Assembly: GCA_026770705.1 (NCBI GenBank)
Contig: JANJGN010000026.1
Location: 33,604,001-33,668,000, forward strand
DNA from: Isurus oxyrinchus
Taxonomy: Eukaryota
DNA length: 64,000 nucleotides
Reading direction: 5' to 3'
Notes under the pieces: generated by a model
Told to the model about the DNA's origin: nothing
Seen by the model: only the letters and a program-made list of their open reading frames with translations
Databases searched by the model: none
Position numbers and translations under genes: made by a program
Part shown: in pieces, positions 50,707 through 64,000 of the stretch
Position numbering within the stretch: position 1 is the stretch's first letter
Layout: each line of letters opens with the position of its first letter

Positions 50707-50949
50707 CTCTAAAGTCCTGGCAAAATATTCCTGACCATAATGTTAAAGTCTTACCAGGCACGTGCTTAATCAAGGTTTGTTTCCTTGGCTCACGATCACC
50801 ACAATGATATCCCGAAAGTTGCTCTGTTACAAACAGCAGAAATGACCAGGTGATAGACATAAGCAAGAAATAAACGCAGTTAGCGGCAGTCTGGTTGGGG
50901 TAGCAAAGATCACTTGTGTGCATGGTTACGTCACTCTAGTGGAGTACTA

Positions 50950-52680
50950 GGTGCCACAAAACCCACTGTAATATAAATAGACACATAATCTGGATTATTA
51001 TAAAGAAATGTTTAGCTTCGTAATGCAATAACTGAGGCAGGCCTTGTGCAATATAAATGAAAGTAATGTTTCAGTTATTTTAACCAGAGACATATTCTAA
51101 GTAAGTGCTAACTCAGTGCTTTGTGAGGTAGGCATGGAATACCGAAATAAAAACTGAAACAAGCATCTAGCGTAATTCAAACGAAGACAAGATTTAATGC
51201 TGATATAATTGCACAACCAGTGGTGAAGTTTAAACACTGACGGATCGTGGTCTAACATAAAGAAACAATTTCTTCAGTACAGTGATGCCTTGTTGAGATA
51301 CAAGGTCTAGTGTGAAATAAAGATAGAAATGAGCTACCGCGGTAATAACTGACGCAAGCCGATCCTAAACTAAAAGGATACACGTCTATTTTAAAATAAG
51401 CAATGACTTTGACTTGTGCTGTGAAAACTGAGATAGGGTCTTGCGCAATATAAGCAACCGCGTGATTTGAAGCAGAGCATAGAAAAAGCGCTACGCATAA
51501 GATAAAGAGTTACATAGTACAGTGCTAACAGTGAAAGGTCATCTAATGCAATAATTGCTTGGACACAGTCCAGCATAATACAAATGGCGACATGATCTAC
51601 TGTCGCAAAAACAGAGGCAAGGCCGAGTCTTTAATAAGTTGAAACACACATTCCTGTGCATTAATATCTGTGGCAGAGTTTTGTGTAATATGAACAGAGA
51701 TAATATTCGTACACCAATAACTGAGATAGGATTAGTGCAACTTAAACAGTTGAACAGTGTAATGTAATATGTAGAACAGCATCTACTGCAATATAAACAT
51801 GGCTGGGAGCTTGTGTAATATGAACAAAGACAGAGTCTAAAGTTGCAGTAACTGGGCAGGCCCTCAATTATTGTAAACAGTAACTTTATCCAGTCCAATT
51901 ATGACGAATACAGCGCCCAGAGCAACAAAGGAAGTGTCATGTTCTTGTAATATAAACAGGAACAGGGTCTCCTGGCATATAAACTGAAACATGGCCGACT
52001 GCACGATTAACTGAATCATCCCCCAGTGTTTTATAGCTGAAGCAGAATTTAATTCATTAATATCTAAGACCTGGCCGACTGTAATGTCAGAAGGGATGTG
52101 TTGGACGGCAATGATAAACTGACGCCGGTTCCGTCCGAAAACAAACAGACACATGGTCGAATGGAGTAACAATTAAGAGATGGCCTAACACATGTTAAAG
52201 AATAGAAGGAGCTGAGATTGACACGGGTGCAAAGACGCAAGAGACTAGTCCAGTACAAAATAGAATAATATGTGATCTCGTGCAGCAGCTACGGGATTGC
52301 ACTGAGACCGAGTCTGTAGGAGATAGAACAATGGCATGGTGTTCTGGGATATTGAGTCAGAAACATGATCTAGTGTGATATGAAATCAGATAAATGTCCG
52401 GGGTAATATGGACTAACAGAGATCTAGTGTAATGAAAACTGAGATAAGGCCTGGAATAATCTGCAAAGGGACATTTCGCATTTTACAACAAACAAAGATA
52501 GGATGAAAGTTAACAGAACTATAGTCTGGTACAGTATTAAATAAAATAGGACCTAGTGTGAAATAAGCAAGGGACGAATCTCATGCTGTAATAAAATGCC
52601 ACTTAGTCCAATATAAACAGAAACATGATCTGGTTTAAAATTATCAGCGGCATGGTCTAGGCATTAAAAACTGAGAGAGG
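50950..52680. repeat. Old degenerate ~30-bp AT-rich tandem array
   Basis: Recurring TGTAATATAAACAG(A)GAxAGGGTCTAG-like units; related stretches at ~54760-54920, ~57200-57340 and ~58150-58280. Confidence 0.55.
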
Positions 52681-53324
52681 ACACCCTTTAAAACCAGTGA
52701 CATCGTCTAAAGCATTTTTTAACAAAGCCTGCTGTAATCGAAAGGAACGTATGGTCCTACTGCCACCAGGTGGACGCTGAATGCAATGTCCCCAGTTCGC
52801 CGATGCCAAAACGTTGATGGAAAAGATAGCTCTCAGGAGGACGCTAAGATTCTGTAAAGGAATACAAACCAGTTAAATGTGTGGAAGCAGCATAGAAGAC
52901 GGACGTAGCGTGAAATCCTGCACTTGGTGATGGTGCTGGATGGATGGGGGGATGGTGGTGGTGGGGGCGGGTGTTGGTGGGTGGGGACAGGATATTACTT
53001 ATAGATCACGGAAAGTTAAAATTCTGGCACAGTCTGCAGTTAGGAAATCAAATGATATGTTAGCCATTTTGGAAACGGATTAGAGTAAAAGAGTTTAGAA
53101 GCCTTACAGCAATTGCATAATTAATTGTATATATCCCAGTGAGATTTCCTAGGGTACTGTACACAGTTTTGGTTTTCAAACCGAAGGAAGGATGTATTTG
53201 CCTTAGAGAGGATAAAACAAAGGTTGACCACATTAATTCCTGGGATGAGGTGCTTGTCCCATGAGAAGAGGTTAAGTCGGCTTTGCACACGTTCCACTGA
53301 AGTTTTTTAAATTATTTTTTTTAA

Positions 53325-54440
53325 GGGATGTGGGCTCCACTGCCTGGGCCAGCATTTTTTGCCCATCCCTAATTGCCCTTGAGAAGGGGTTGGTGAGCTG
53401 CCTTCTTGAATCGCTGCAGTTCCTGTGCTGCAGGTACACCCAAAGTCCAATTACAGATGGGATTCCAGGATTTTGACCCAGCGACAGTGAAAGAGCGGTG
53501 ATATTTTCCCAAGTCAGGATGTTGGGTGGCTTGGAGGGCTGATTCCTGATGTTGGTAATCCCATGTGTCTGCTAGTCGTGGTCCTGAGTGTGGAAGGCGC
53601 TGTCTAAGGAGTCTTGGTGAATTCCTTGGTACACACTGCTGCTATGTGCGTCGGTGGTGGAGGGAATGAATGTTTGTGGATGGGGTGCCAAATAAGTGGG
53701 GTGTCTGATCGTGGGCTGTGTCAAGCTCCTTGAGTGTTGCGCTCATCCAGACAAGTGGACATTATTCCACCACACCCGTGCCTTCTAGATAGTGAACAGG
53801 CTTTAGTGAGTCAGGAGATGAGTTACTCGAAGCACGATTCCTAGCTTCTGGCCTGCTCTTGTAGGCATACTTTCATGTGCATAGTCCAGTTCAGTTTCTG
53901 GTCAATGATAACACCCAGGATGTTGATATTGGGGGATTCACAGATGGCAATGCCATTGCACGTCAAGGGGCGATGGTCAGATTCTCTCTTGCTGGAGATG
54001 GTCATTGCCTGGTACCTGTATGGCGTGAATATTACTTGCCACTTATCAGCCCAAGTCTGGACATTGGCTAGGTCTTGCTGCATTTGGACATGGACTGCTT
54101 CAGTACCTGAGGAGTCGTGAATGGTACTAAACATTGTGCAATCATCTGTGGACCTCGTCACTTCTAACCTTCTGATCTAAGGAAGGTCATTGATGAAGCA
54201 GCTGAAGATGGTGGGGCTAAGGGCACTACCTTGAGGAACTCCTGCAGTGATGTCCTAGAACTGAGATGATTGACTTTAAACAGCCACAACGATCTTCTTT
54301 TGTGCTGTGTATGACTACAACCAGCGTAGAGCTTTCCCCCAAATGCACATTGACTCCAGTTTTGCCAGGGCTCCTTGACGCCACAGTCAGTCAAATGCTG
54401 CCTTGATGTCAAGGGCAGTCATTTTCAACTCCCCTCTGAT
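53325..54440 (-). mobile_element. LINE fragment (CR1/L2 group RT and 3' tail)
   Basis: MQQDLANVQTWADKWQV...NILGVIIDQKLNW; tail GCATTT...GCCCATCCCTAATTGCCCTTGA also seen at ~4320 and ~58555. Confidence 0.8.
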
Positions 54441-57400
54441 AATAACGAGAGAGGATCTCATATATAATTCTTAAAGGGTTGCACGGATTTTGGCTTCACA
54501 GTGGAATCTAGTACCAAGGCTCAAAGTCTCAGCATACGGGGTCGACAATTTGGTACTGATGGTTCTGTACCCATTGAGCTGTGGGGCTTCTGGTGACAAA
54601 AAGAATTAAGGAATATGGGGATATTCCTGTAACATGGAATTGAGATAGAATATGAACCATGAATTCACTGCTTGGTGGTGAAGACTCGAACGGTCGATTG
54701 CCTAATATATTCCTAGCTCGTATATTTTTATGTAGAACCGTCTCCTTATTTTTACATAAATAGAGAAACGTGGTCTAGTGCATTCATTCGTGTTCCAGTG
54801 TCTCGTGTAATATAAACAAAAATATGATTTGGTACAGTGCAACTGAGATAAGTTCGACTGGACTAAAGACAATGACATGTTCTTGCACAGTAATAACAGA
54901 GATAGATCCTTGTGCACTATGAGCAGAATCTCCGTTCAGCTGCCACTACGTGTCTACAGATTTCCAAAGCGCCACGACAGCACTGCCTCTTTATTTCTAT
55001 TGCACATTTTTATTTTTATTTTCAGCACTGTTTGAAAGTTTGACATTGTAGTTAATGTAAAAATGTTGGGTGCAAGTTACTGATTCTCGTACTAGCAGGT
55101 CAACAGACACTGATGACAACCTCATCACGTTCAGCAGGAGGTAAAATGGGTTTTATGTGCACTAATTGAAGATGAGCTCGTTTGATTTACGCACAGAAAC
55201 ATCAACGGCAGAGGAAAGTCACTTGGACGCCAGCAATCTTTCTTTGGTTATTTAAGGACAAGAGAGGGATATTGACCAATATATAGTGTAGGACCATGAG
55301 AACTTTAATTCATCCCAGAACAGCCAAGGTTCATGATCTCCCCAAAAAGATAGCATATTTTCAATAGCCTGATTAGAATTCTGATATTTATGCTCAGGTT
55401 CTGAAGTTGAGGTGGAATCCACAATGTAATGACACTCAAATCAGAACAATCAGAAAGGAATAATTGGTATTCTAGTTGTGCGAGGCTTCTTGAGGATGAG
55501 TGACCAGAATATGATAGAATTCTTCATCAAGATGGAGAGTGACATAATTGATTCTGAGACTAGGCCCTGAATCTTAATAAAGGAAACTACGATGGTTTGA
55601 GGCGCGAGTTGGCTATGATGGATTGGGAAATGATACTTAAAGAGATGACGGTGGATAGGCAATGGCAAACGTTCGAAGAGCGCATGGGTTAACTGAAACA
55701 ATGTCACTTTAGCTGAAAGGCTTGAGGTAATATCTTATATTTACAAATATACCATTGCATTCGCTAATGTAGTTTCTGTTAAGTTTCCCTATGCTAATAT
55801 CACATAAAGCAGCCTGAAGAATACAATTACTAAACTTAATTCATCCAATTCCAATTTATGGGCTCATCAAGCCTAAAGGAAAGACGGGGCACACTCACCC
55901 CATCAAAACTGTGCCCGCTCTCTGGAAAAAAGTGCCTATAATTAGTTGTACTCTCTTTCTCTTTTTCCAAACTCCTGTACGTCTTCCACTTCCAAGCATC
56001 CGTACAATTTCCTTTTGAAGGCTACAACTGAATATGGTCCCATCTCCCTAAGGAAATAAAGCCCAGCTCACAGCAATTCGCTGCAAAAAAAAAATCTACC
56101 TTTTCCTCTTTATTCCCCTACGAATTGTCTGAACGTTGGCTACCGATCCTTCTGCCAGTGGAATTAGCATCTCACTAACAATTCTGTAAAACAAACCTTC
56201 AGAAATTTAGAAACCACTATTATAATCCCCCTGTAAGATTCTTGTCCTTTTTCTCTAATTTCTTCAGATACCCGAGGTGTCTCATCTCTGGTTCAGTTTG
56301 AATAAATATCTTCTGGGCCTGCTCCAAAACTATTGCATGCTCCTGAAAGTGTGGTTTCAAATAAATTCAATACCTTTTTTACCCTTCAGATAAATTCTAG
56401 CGATATATGCTCGCTTACAACTAGTCTAAGCAATAATTTGCGTAATTCCAATCTCTAAGACTATTACTTTCGCCGACAGCGCACAGAATCATTTGTATGC
56501 TCAACAAAATTGGTTTGTTTAGAATCACCTGTATGCTCAACAAAATTGGTTTGTCTAGTTCTGTCGAAGGGTCATGAGGACGCGAAACGTCAACCCTTTT
56601 CTTCTCAGCCGATGCTGCCAGACCTGCTGAGTTTTTCCAGGTAATTCTGTTTTTGTTTTGGATTTCCAGCATCCGCAGTTTTTTTGTTTTTATGTTATTG
56701 GTTGTTTTCAATGTCAGTTAGATCACTGCTGCCACCTGCTGACCAACACCTTCTACTACAGGCCCTGGAGTTTATCTAAAATGATTCAGAATTCTACTCG
56801 TAACATGTCCATTTGCTAGTGAATTTCACTCAGTGAAGTTTTTCAGCGCAAACCACGAGAGACAAGAAATGAAAAGGATTTAAGACGGAAGTGCCAATAT
56901 TACTGTTATGAATTTCGAGTTTTCCGTGAGAAGGTGTGCAGTTACTGAGGAAGAGACTGGCAGTGAAGAAAGGAACAAAACCATTTCTGCCGGTGGAGTG
57001 GGATGAACAGCTGCAGCTCAGTTTCTTCTGGCGGAGGCTCACTTGCGCCCATTTTATAGCGCATTCCAAATGTCTGCAACGAGCACAGGGCGTATCGAAA
57101 TTTTAGAGATATTTTCAGTGCACAGTTGCAACACGGAGATGTTTGCGCCATCTTTTTACTTATATTTTCATTACGCTAGACAGACGTTCATGTGATAGAA
57201 TCAGAGGCATGGCGTAATAAAATATAAACAGGGCAAGGGCCCAATATAATAAAAGTCCAGAGACAGCGTCTGATGTAATATAAACAAAGATATGCATTTA
57301 TGCAGCAACATCTGACACATGGCCAAATGTAATATAAATTATTATACTATAATATAATGCATCGTATTATGAAATACTATAATATAATAACATTACATAA

Positions 57401-57599
57401 TCAAATGTAGCTACGTAGGACAATCCGTTGTGACACTATTCTATGCATGGGTAAGGCATTCAAAGTTTGTGGGCTTGAATCCCACCAGGGTCAAATTTTG
57501 AAGGGGCGAATAGAGACAAACTCAGCTCTGATTCTGCAGCAGTGATAACTGCGACGGGGTTCTTGTGTAATGTCACGTGAAATAGATGCAATGCTGGAA

Positions 57600-58150
57600 T
57601 AAACTAGACAGGTTCTTCTGTTGAGGCTACAGCAGGAGTACTGTGTGCAGTTCTGGTCGCCACATTATAGGAAGGATGTGATTGCACTGGAGGGGGTGCA
57701 GAGGAGATTCACCAGAATGTTGCCTGGGATGAAACATTTAAGTTATGAAGAGAGGTTGGATAGATTTGGGTTGTTTTCGTCGGAGCAGAGAAGATTGATG
57801 AGCGATCTCATCGAGGTGTACAAGATTATGAAGGTTAGCACCCCTTACTTGAAGGGTCAGTCATAAGGGGGCATAAGTTCAAGGTGAGGGGCAGGAGGTT
57901 TAAGGGGGATGTGAGGAAAGCTTTTTTTTGCCCAGAGGGTGGTGACGGTCTGGAATGCATTGCCTGGGAGGGCGGTGGAAGCGGGTTGCCTCACATCCTG
58001 AAAAAGTATCTGGATGAGCACTTGGCACGTCATAACATTTAAGGCTATGGGCCAACTGCTGGTAAATGGGAGCAGTTAGATAAGTCAGGTGTTTCTCACA
58101 TGTCGGTGCAGACTCGATGGGCCAAAGGGCCTCTTCTGCACTGTGACTCT
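57600..58150 (+). mobile_element. CR1-type LINE 3' fragment
   Basis: EYCVQFWSPHYRKDVIALEGVQRRFTRMLPG. Confidence 0.88.
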
Positions 58151-59768
58151 GTGAATATAAACAGATGTTTCATCAGTCCAGCAATAACAGAAACAGTGTC
58201 TCATATTGTATAAATGGAGAAAGAGCTTCGTGTTACATACGCAGTGATAGAGAGCATATATACGGTTCCGAGCTAAGATATCCATTTGCTTGAGGAATCG
58301 AATGACCTCAACTATCACTAATCTATGAAAATTCAGTCACCGGAGCTTACATTGATTAGATGTACAGCCACCTCCATTTGACCTTGCATGGCATGACCTA
58401 TAGTCAATTCCCCACTAACAACATCCTGAACACCCGTGGCTACAGCAGCCCAACAGAGTTTGAACATTATGCGGATTCCCAATCGTAGCTGTTGCATGTG
58501 AAGCCCATAGGATGCAATGCAGCAGCACACAAAGGCTCTATTTTATTAATTTATGGGATGTGGGCTTCGCTGGCAGGGGCAGCATTTATTGCCCACCACA
58601 AGTTGCCCTTTGGAACGTGGTGGTGAGCTTCCTTCTTCAACCACTGCAGTCTATGAGGTGTAGGTACACCCGCAGTGCTGTTAGGGAGTGCCAGGCTTTT
58701 GGCCCAGCAATAGTGGAGGAACAGCGATATATTTCCAAGTCAGGATGGTGAGTGACTTGGAGGAGAACTTCCAAGTAGTGATGTTCCTATCTCTCTGCTT
58801 CCCTTGTCCTTATAGGCTTTAGTGGTCGTGGGTTTGGAAGGTGCTGTTGATGGAGCCTTGGTGAGTTCCTGCAGTGCACCTTTAGATGGTGCACACTGCT
58901 GCTTCTGTGCATCAGTAGTAAGTACCGCCCAAACCCATGATGTCAATCACTTAGAAGGGCAACTGAACATGGTAGAACCATCACATCCACTTTCCCCTCC
59001 AAGTCAAACATCATTCCAACTTATTTATATCGCCGGTCTTTCATCGACCCTGGGTCTTAATTTTGTAAATCCTAGCTAACAGCATTGTGCAGACAACTTG
59101 CGCAGAGGGGCTGATGTGGTTCATGAAGGTTGCTCACCAGTGGGAAGTAGAAAACTGCATTAAATACCAGCCTTGATACTGATGTTCACATCATGAGTAT
59201 AGAGGCGAAATAATACGAGGAACAGCGGATACAGAATCACAAATACCTGGCGTTATCTTTCTTGCTTTTGTTAGTTCTTTCTTTCATTTTTACTGTATAT
59301 TTGAATTCTTTCCTTTTTCTTCTTTCTCTATTTCAGATTTTCTCTCCTCTCCTCCCTCTTCCACTTTGATTCATTAATTCTCTTTCTGCTTTTGGAATAT
59401 GATGAATACTCTTGCATCACAAGAGTATTACTTTTTTGAGCATGACGATAAGGCAGTGATGGAACGGCGAATTTTTAAACACAAACCCCGCCCAGCACGG
59501 TGTTCTACGCAACCCGGGTCTCTCCTCCTCCTCTATGAATGACATTGTGAGCGATGCCGTCAAATGCGGCAGGAGGACGAGACAGTTCTCCTGTTCAAAC
59601 CCAGATAATTGATTCGTTACGTTTTGATAACAGCAGAATTGCACGAGACGCTTCCTCCTCTCTAGCTCTACATATATGCAAACCCGTTTTTCCACGGTAC
59701 TCTAACAGATTACAACAACAAATAGAACTGCTCTTCCAAGGGGCTGTTGTTGCATCATAATAGATCCC

Positions 59769-60257
59769 ATGTCGTACCGCTGTCCCATTATATTCTGATT
59801 GGTGTTCGGCAAGTACGGCCAGGCCTGGTATCTGTTTACACTTTTGTGGTGCCATGAGGCGTTCTAACACAGTTAGAGTTATAGTTGCCCCTCAGTTCTA
59901 TTTTATTTCAAGGGAGATTCGGGCAGATTCGGTATAACAAGCTCAGATAACACTCTACGTGGCTGAATGAGATGGTGTGATAAAAGATTGTAGGTAATAG
60001 ACACAACAAACCTCCGTGACCCCGATCTGTAGTGGCACTGACAGCGCACAAAGGCTCCCCGTTTTATTTTTCATTGGGATAACAACAGGAAAATTGACAT
60101 GGATTTTGCCAAGAGAAGATTCGAGGCCAAGCAGACTAATGCAGAAAAAAAAGTTTCCTTTATCGATCACTGGAGAGGAAATCTAGGACACCGCCGCATC
60201 TTTCTGTGTGCTGAGGATCACAATTGTTTCAAACTCATCTGTCACTGTACAAAAACC
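59769..60257 (+). pseudogene. TCR alpha/delta V pseudogene with 23-RSS; paralogue of the 48.3-48.8 kb V
   Basis: Decayed leader with TGA and GC donor; EIRADSV*QAQITLYVAE*DG...EI*DTAASFCVLR; RSS CACAATT-23-ACAAAAACC at 60219-60257. Confidence 0.82.
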
Positions 60258-61199
60258 TCAGCGATATAGAACTGCCATACGCTTTCTCCCCAGGTCAAAC
60301 GAACATGACCTACTCTGTTAGTGCCATCCGCTGCTCAGTCGGTCTGACTCCTGCATCTGAATTATAAGCTTATAAATTCAATTCTCACTCCAGAGAGTTC
60401 AGTCCACAATCCAGGCTGATTCTCGGGTGCCAGAGGAGACGTTGAACCGAGGGTCCGGCGACTCTCTTAGATAAAAAGATTCCAGGCCTCCATTTGGTAG
60501 AATGATAGAGCATTTCTCTCAAGTTTCCTGGACCTATTCTAATGTCTAAACCGACATCACTAAAAGAGCTTACCATGTTGCCTTTTTGTGGGAGCTTGTT
60601 GTGTATATATTAGTTACCGCATTTCCTACATTTCAACAGCGGCTGCCCTGCGAATTGCTGCATTAACGTTTTAAGGTGTGTAGGGAAGGCTGGATTTGCT
60701 CACTGCCATTGTTCGTATGTGTAACATATTAAATATTGCAATTCCTGGAACTGTCTCAACTTCTAGAATCACTTCGATGATGTTAGTTACTTGACTGGAT
60801 ATCACACCTGCACAATGGTGCGCTGTGCCTTCAAAGGAGCTGAGAGGATTTGCAACAATCTGCAAAAAATATTTGAGCAGAGACCCGAAACAACTCTTTA
60901 TATCTGAGCGATCAATGTAAGGGTGAACACAGAGCAGCTTACCGCTGATTTCAACGAGCTTCATTAACTTTCATCTGGCTTTCTCCTCCATGTTTTGTTT
61001 ACACACATCCTCCAAATCAAGATTTTGGATAACTCAGTGTTATTTGGGAAATTCAGATGGGAAACTCAGGATGGCAGCTATTTTCAGTAAAATGTTAAAA
61101 ATATAATCCACTATATTAGTCTAAATTCTATTCTCTTGCTCTTTCTGAAGCAACGGTTTACTTCCAATGCTTGTTAAAGTCAAAGGTTAACTTCAGTTA

Positions 61200-62270
61200 C
61201 CTGGATGGCTGGCGGACAGCAGAGAGCGTGGATAAATGGCTCTTCTTCGGTTTGGCAGAATGTAATGAGAGGAGTCTGTATGGGGCCTCATTTTTTTAAC
61301 GATTTACATCAAGGATTTGGATGAGGTGAGTGAAGTCATGCTAGCTAAATTTGCAGATGACACAGAGATAGGTAGGAAAGTATGCTGCGAAGAGGGCATG
61401 AGGAGGTTGCAGGTGGATATGGATAGGTTGAGTGAGTGGGCAGAGACCTGATAAATTGAGTGTAATGTGGGAAAATATGAAGGTGTTCACTTTGGCAGGG
61501 AGAAGAAAAAAGCAAAGTATTACTTAAATGGATAATGACTGCATAATTCTGAGGTGCAGATGGATCCACATGTTCTAGCTCATGAGTCACAAAAAGTGAT
61601 TTTGCAGACACTGGAAATAAGTAAGAAGGCTAATGGAATGCTATGCTTTATTACGAGAGGGATTGAATATAAAAGTACGAATGATATGCTTCAGTTATAC
61701 AGGACATTGTTGAGACGGCACCTCGAATACTGTGTGCTGTTCTGTTCTACTTTTTTAGGGAAGGTTGTAAATGCATTACAGGTGGTTGAAAGGAGATTTA
61801 CTAGATTGATGTCTGGAATGAGTGGGTTGTCTTATGAGGAAAGGTTGGACAGACTGGGTTTGTTTCCACTGGAGTTTACAAGAGTGAGGGGTGATTTCGT
61901 TGACGTATACAAAATCCTGAACGGCCTTGACAAGGTGGACGTCAAAAGAATGTTCCCTCTTGTGGGTGAGCCCAGAACTAGGGGGCACTGTTTTAAAATA
62001 AGTGTTCACCCTTTGAGAACAGAGATGAGGAGAATTTTCTTCTCTCAGAGGGTTGTGCGTCCTTGGAACTCTGCCTCAGAAGGCAGTGGAGGCGGGGTCA
62101 TTGAATAGTTTTAAGCAGAGGTAGACAGATTCTTGTTAGGCAAGGGAATCACAGTTATCTGGGTTAGATAGGAATGTGGAAATCAAAACACAAGAAGATC
62201 AGCCACGATCTTATTGAATGGTGGAGCAGGCTCGAGGGGCCGAATGGTCCACTCCTGTTCCCAGTACTAT
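61200..62270 (+). mobile_element. CR1-type LINE fragment
   Basis: KFADDTEIG, KANGMLCFITRGIEYK...LSYEERLDRLGLFPLEF. Confidence 0.9.
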
Positions 62271-62789
62271 GTTCTTATGTAATCAGTTCTTATACCTTTG
62301 AAAGCCTTTTTTGTGCTCGCTGTGTGAGGGTCGGAGAAGATGTGTTGTTAAGCGCCAACTATGATTTCAACCAGTTCACTTGGATATCTCTTAACATATT
62401 TCGGGAACATTAAAGCATCAAAAAAAGTTTTTTAAAAATACACAGACTAATCTGACACCAAAAAGCACGAAATAATGGGGCACGTGACAATGATTGGAAG
62501 AGACGGTCTTTGCTTCGGGATCGGGTAACAAGCTCAGTGTCTGCCATCGTCGGCTGCTCTTGAGGAAGACCCAAAGACACGGTTGTGGGGAGGGGGAACC
62601 ACATAATTTTCAGCAGTTAGCCCAGAGGAACAAATGGAAGAGAGAAACAGTGAGTCAATCTGTTTGTTCACTGACCTGTAACTAAGGTGCAGATTGTAAT
62701 TTAATTGTCCCTCTGGAGACTGTCATTTAGAATAAATGAGGGATGCTTTGATACACATCTTCGGTAATTCCTTGAGTTTCTGAGAGACG

Positions 62790-62859
62790 ATGCACGGGCC
62801 AGCGAAAGGCCTCTTCTTCGCTATTTGCTATCCCATTCTCGCTGTTATTGGTGTGCCTG
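62790..62859 (+). CDS. Probable first coding exon of a GPR139/GPR142-like GPCR
   Basis: MHGPAKGLFFAICYPILAVIGVP G|gtaagt; resembles, from memory, the N-terminus/TM1 start (YYPxLAxIGVPxN) of chondrichthyan GPR139-like receptors; remainder not seen in the window. Confidence 0.55.
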
Positions 62860-64000
62860 GTAAGTGATGAATCCCGAATAAATGTTTGTGTTGATGTAAA
62901 TCTCTAGATGTTTAGTCTCTTCTCTTCAGAGTCTGCATTTAAGGGAGTTCAATCGAATTATATCGGTGCTCTGTATGATATTATACTGTGTTATGTTGGA
63001 TTATAGCTCTACTTGCGCTTGCATTATGGGGCATTGCAAAATATTATTCAATTTATTATGCTGCATATTTAGAGAAATGCTTTTTATTAGAATGCTGAGA
63101 TATGAATTGTAATGTTTGCCTTTGCATAGACATTAACCTGTTATATTGTTGAACATCGTGTTTTATTCTAATCCAGTCAAATGCAATCTAGCATTTTGAG
63201 TATTGAGCGAGATCATTGCATATCATCATGTACTGACCTGCATTTTCGTGCGCTGGTCCTATCAATATATCAGAAAATTAATTGTTACAGTGCAATTATT
63301 CAATTAAATGAATTGTAATATAAAATACTTTCAGTGATAATACACATATACAATGCAACCTCTAGAAGTATGTAAAATTTACAGTATGATTTCCCACTGG
63401 GCAGTCCTAATTGTTAATCTGGCTTTGGGATTTAATCATGGAATCGTTTGAAAAAGGGGAGTGAGGTCTCAAGATTTTTAATGTGCTTTGCTTTGTGCTG
63501 GTAGGTCTTATAAATTTTGGATAGTTATATTTTTAATCATCAGCGGGATGTGGGTTTCCGTGACAAGATCAACATTTATTGCTCTTCACTAGTTTCCACT
63601 TCAGAAAGTGGGGTTGCATTTGTTTCTTCAGCCGATCCTGTATGTATGGCACGGATGCTTCACAGGAACTTCACCTGATTAATTTCATACTGAACGGCGC
63701 AAGGGGATATTTGACCAAAGGGTACTCACAGAGTTTACTTCTAAGGAACGTTCTAAAGAGGAAAGAAGAGCTGGAGCCGTAGAGGGAGGGGTTTTCAGAG
63801 ATCAGAGCGTCGGCAGCTAAACGCTGAACCTCTACAAATGAAAAGATTAATGCCAGGGGCACGAAACTGCAGAATTGGAAGCATATGATGGATCTCAGAC
63901 AGTTGCAGTGTGTTACAGGAATTGAAGAAGGCGAGATAACAGAAGAAGTTAAAAATGGACGGACGAGGTTATTAAAACAGAGACGTTGCCATTCAGGGGG

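Noticed and set aside
56830-57070. Minus-strand TATA plus leader-like and VCAEKLH sequence suggesting a V remnant
   Set aside because: No valid splice sites and no Cys/Trp/YYC framework or RSS
62490-62550. J-like peptide SGSGNKLSV followed by gt
   Set aside because: No F/W-G-x-G-T motif, weak donor, no upstream RSS

Overview
Eukaryotic, almost certainly cartilaginous-fish (shark) genomic DNA covering an antigen-receptor region. The first ~8.8 kb holds an apparently intact IgM heavy-chain constant region on + (CH1-CH4 with secretory tailpiece, TM1, TM2, canonical splice sites); its V-D-J part would lie upstream, outside the window. A ~20 kb spacer follows, containing decayed tRNA genes, two divergently oriented C2H2 zinc-finger pseudogenes and LINE/Penelope/SINE debris. 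From ~30.7 kb the window contains TCR alpha/delta-type material: a V pseudogene, then a NAR-TCR cassette (leader + IgNAR-like V, NAR-type J, leaderless supporting Vdelta), two inverted V segments, another V pseudogene, and a probable first exon of a GPR139-like receptor. Most notable: (i) an intact IgM C region ~25 kb from, and co-oriented with, a NAR-TCR cassette; (ii) the NAR-TCR V carries a 12-RSS facing a 23-RSS J with no recognisable free D, suggesting a germline-joined VD or a D-less VJ cassette; (iii) the supporting Vdelta has a tandemly duplicated 23-RSS. Family assignments come from motif recognition by eye, not database searches, and repeat boundaries are approximate.
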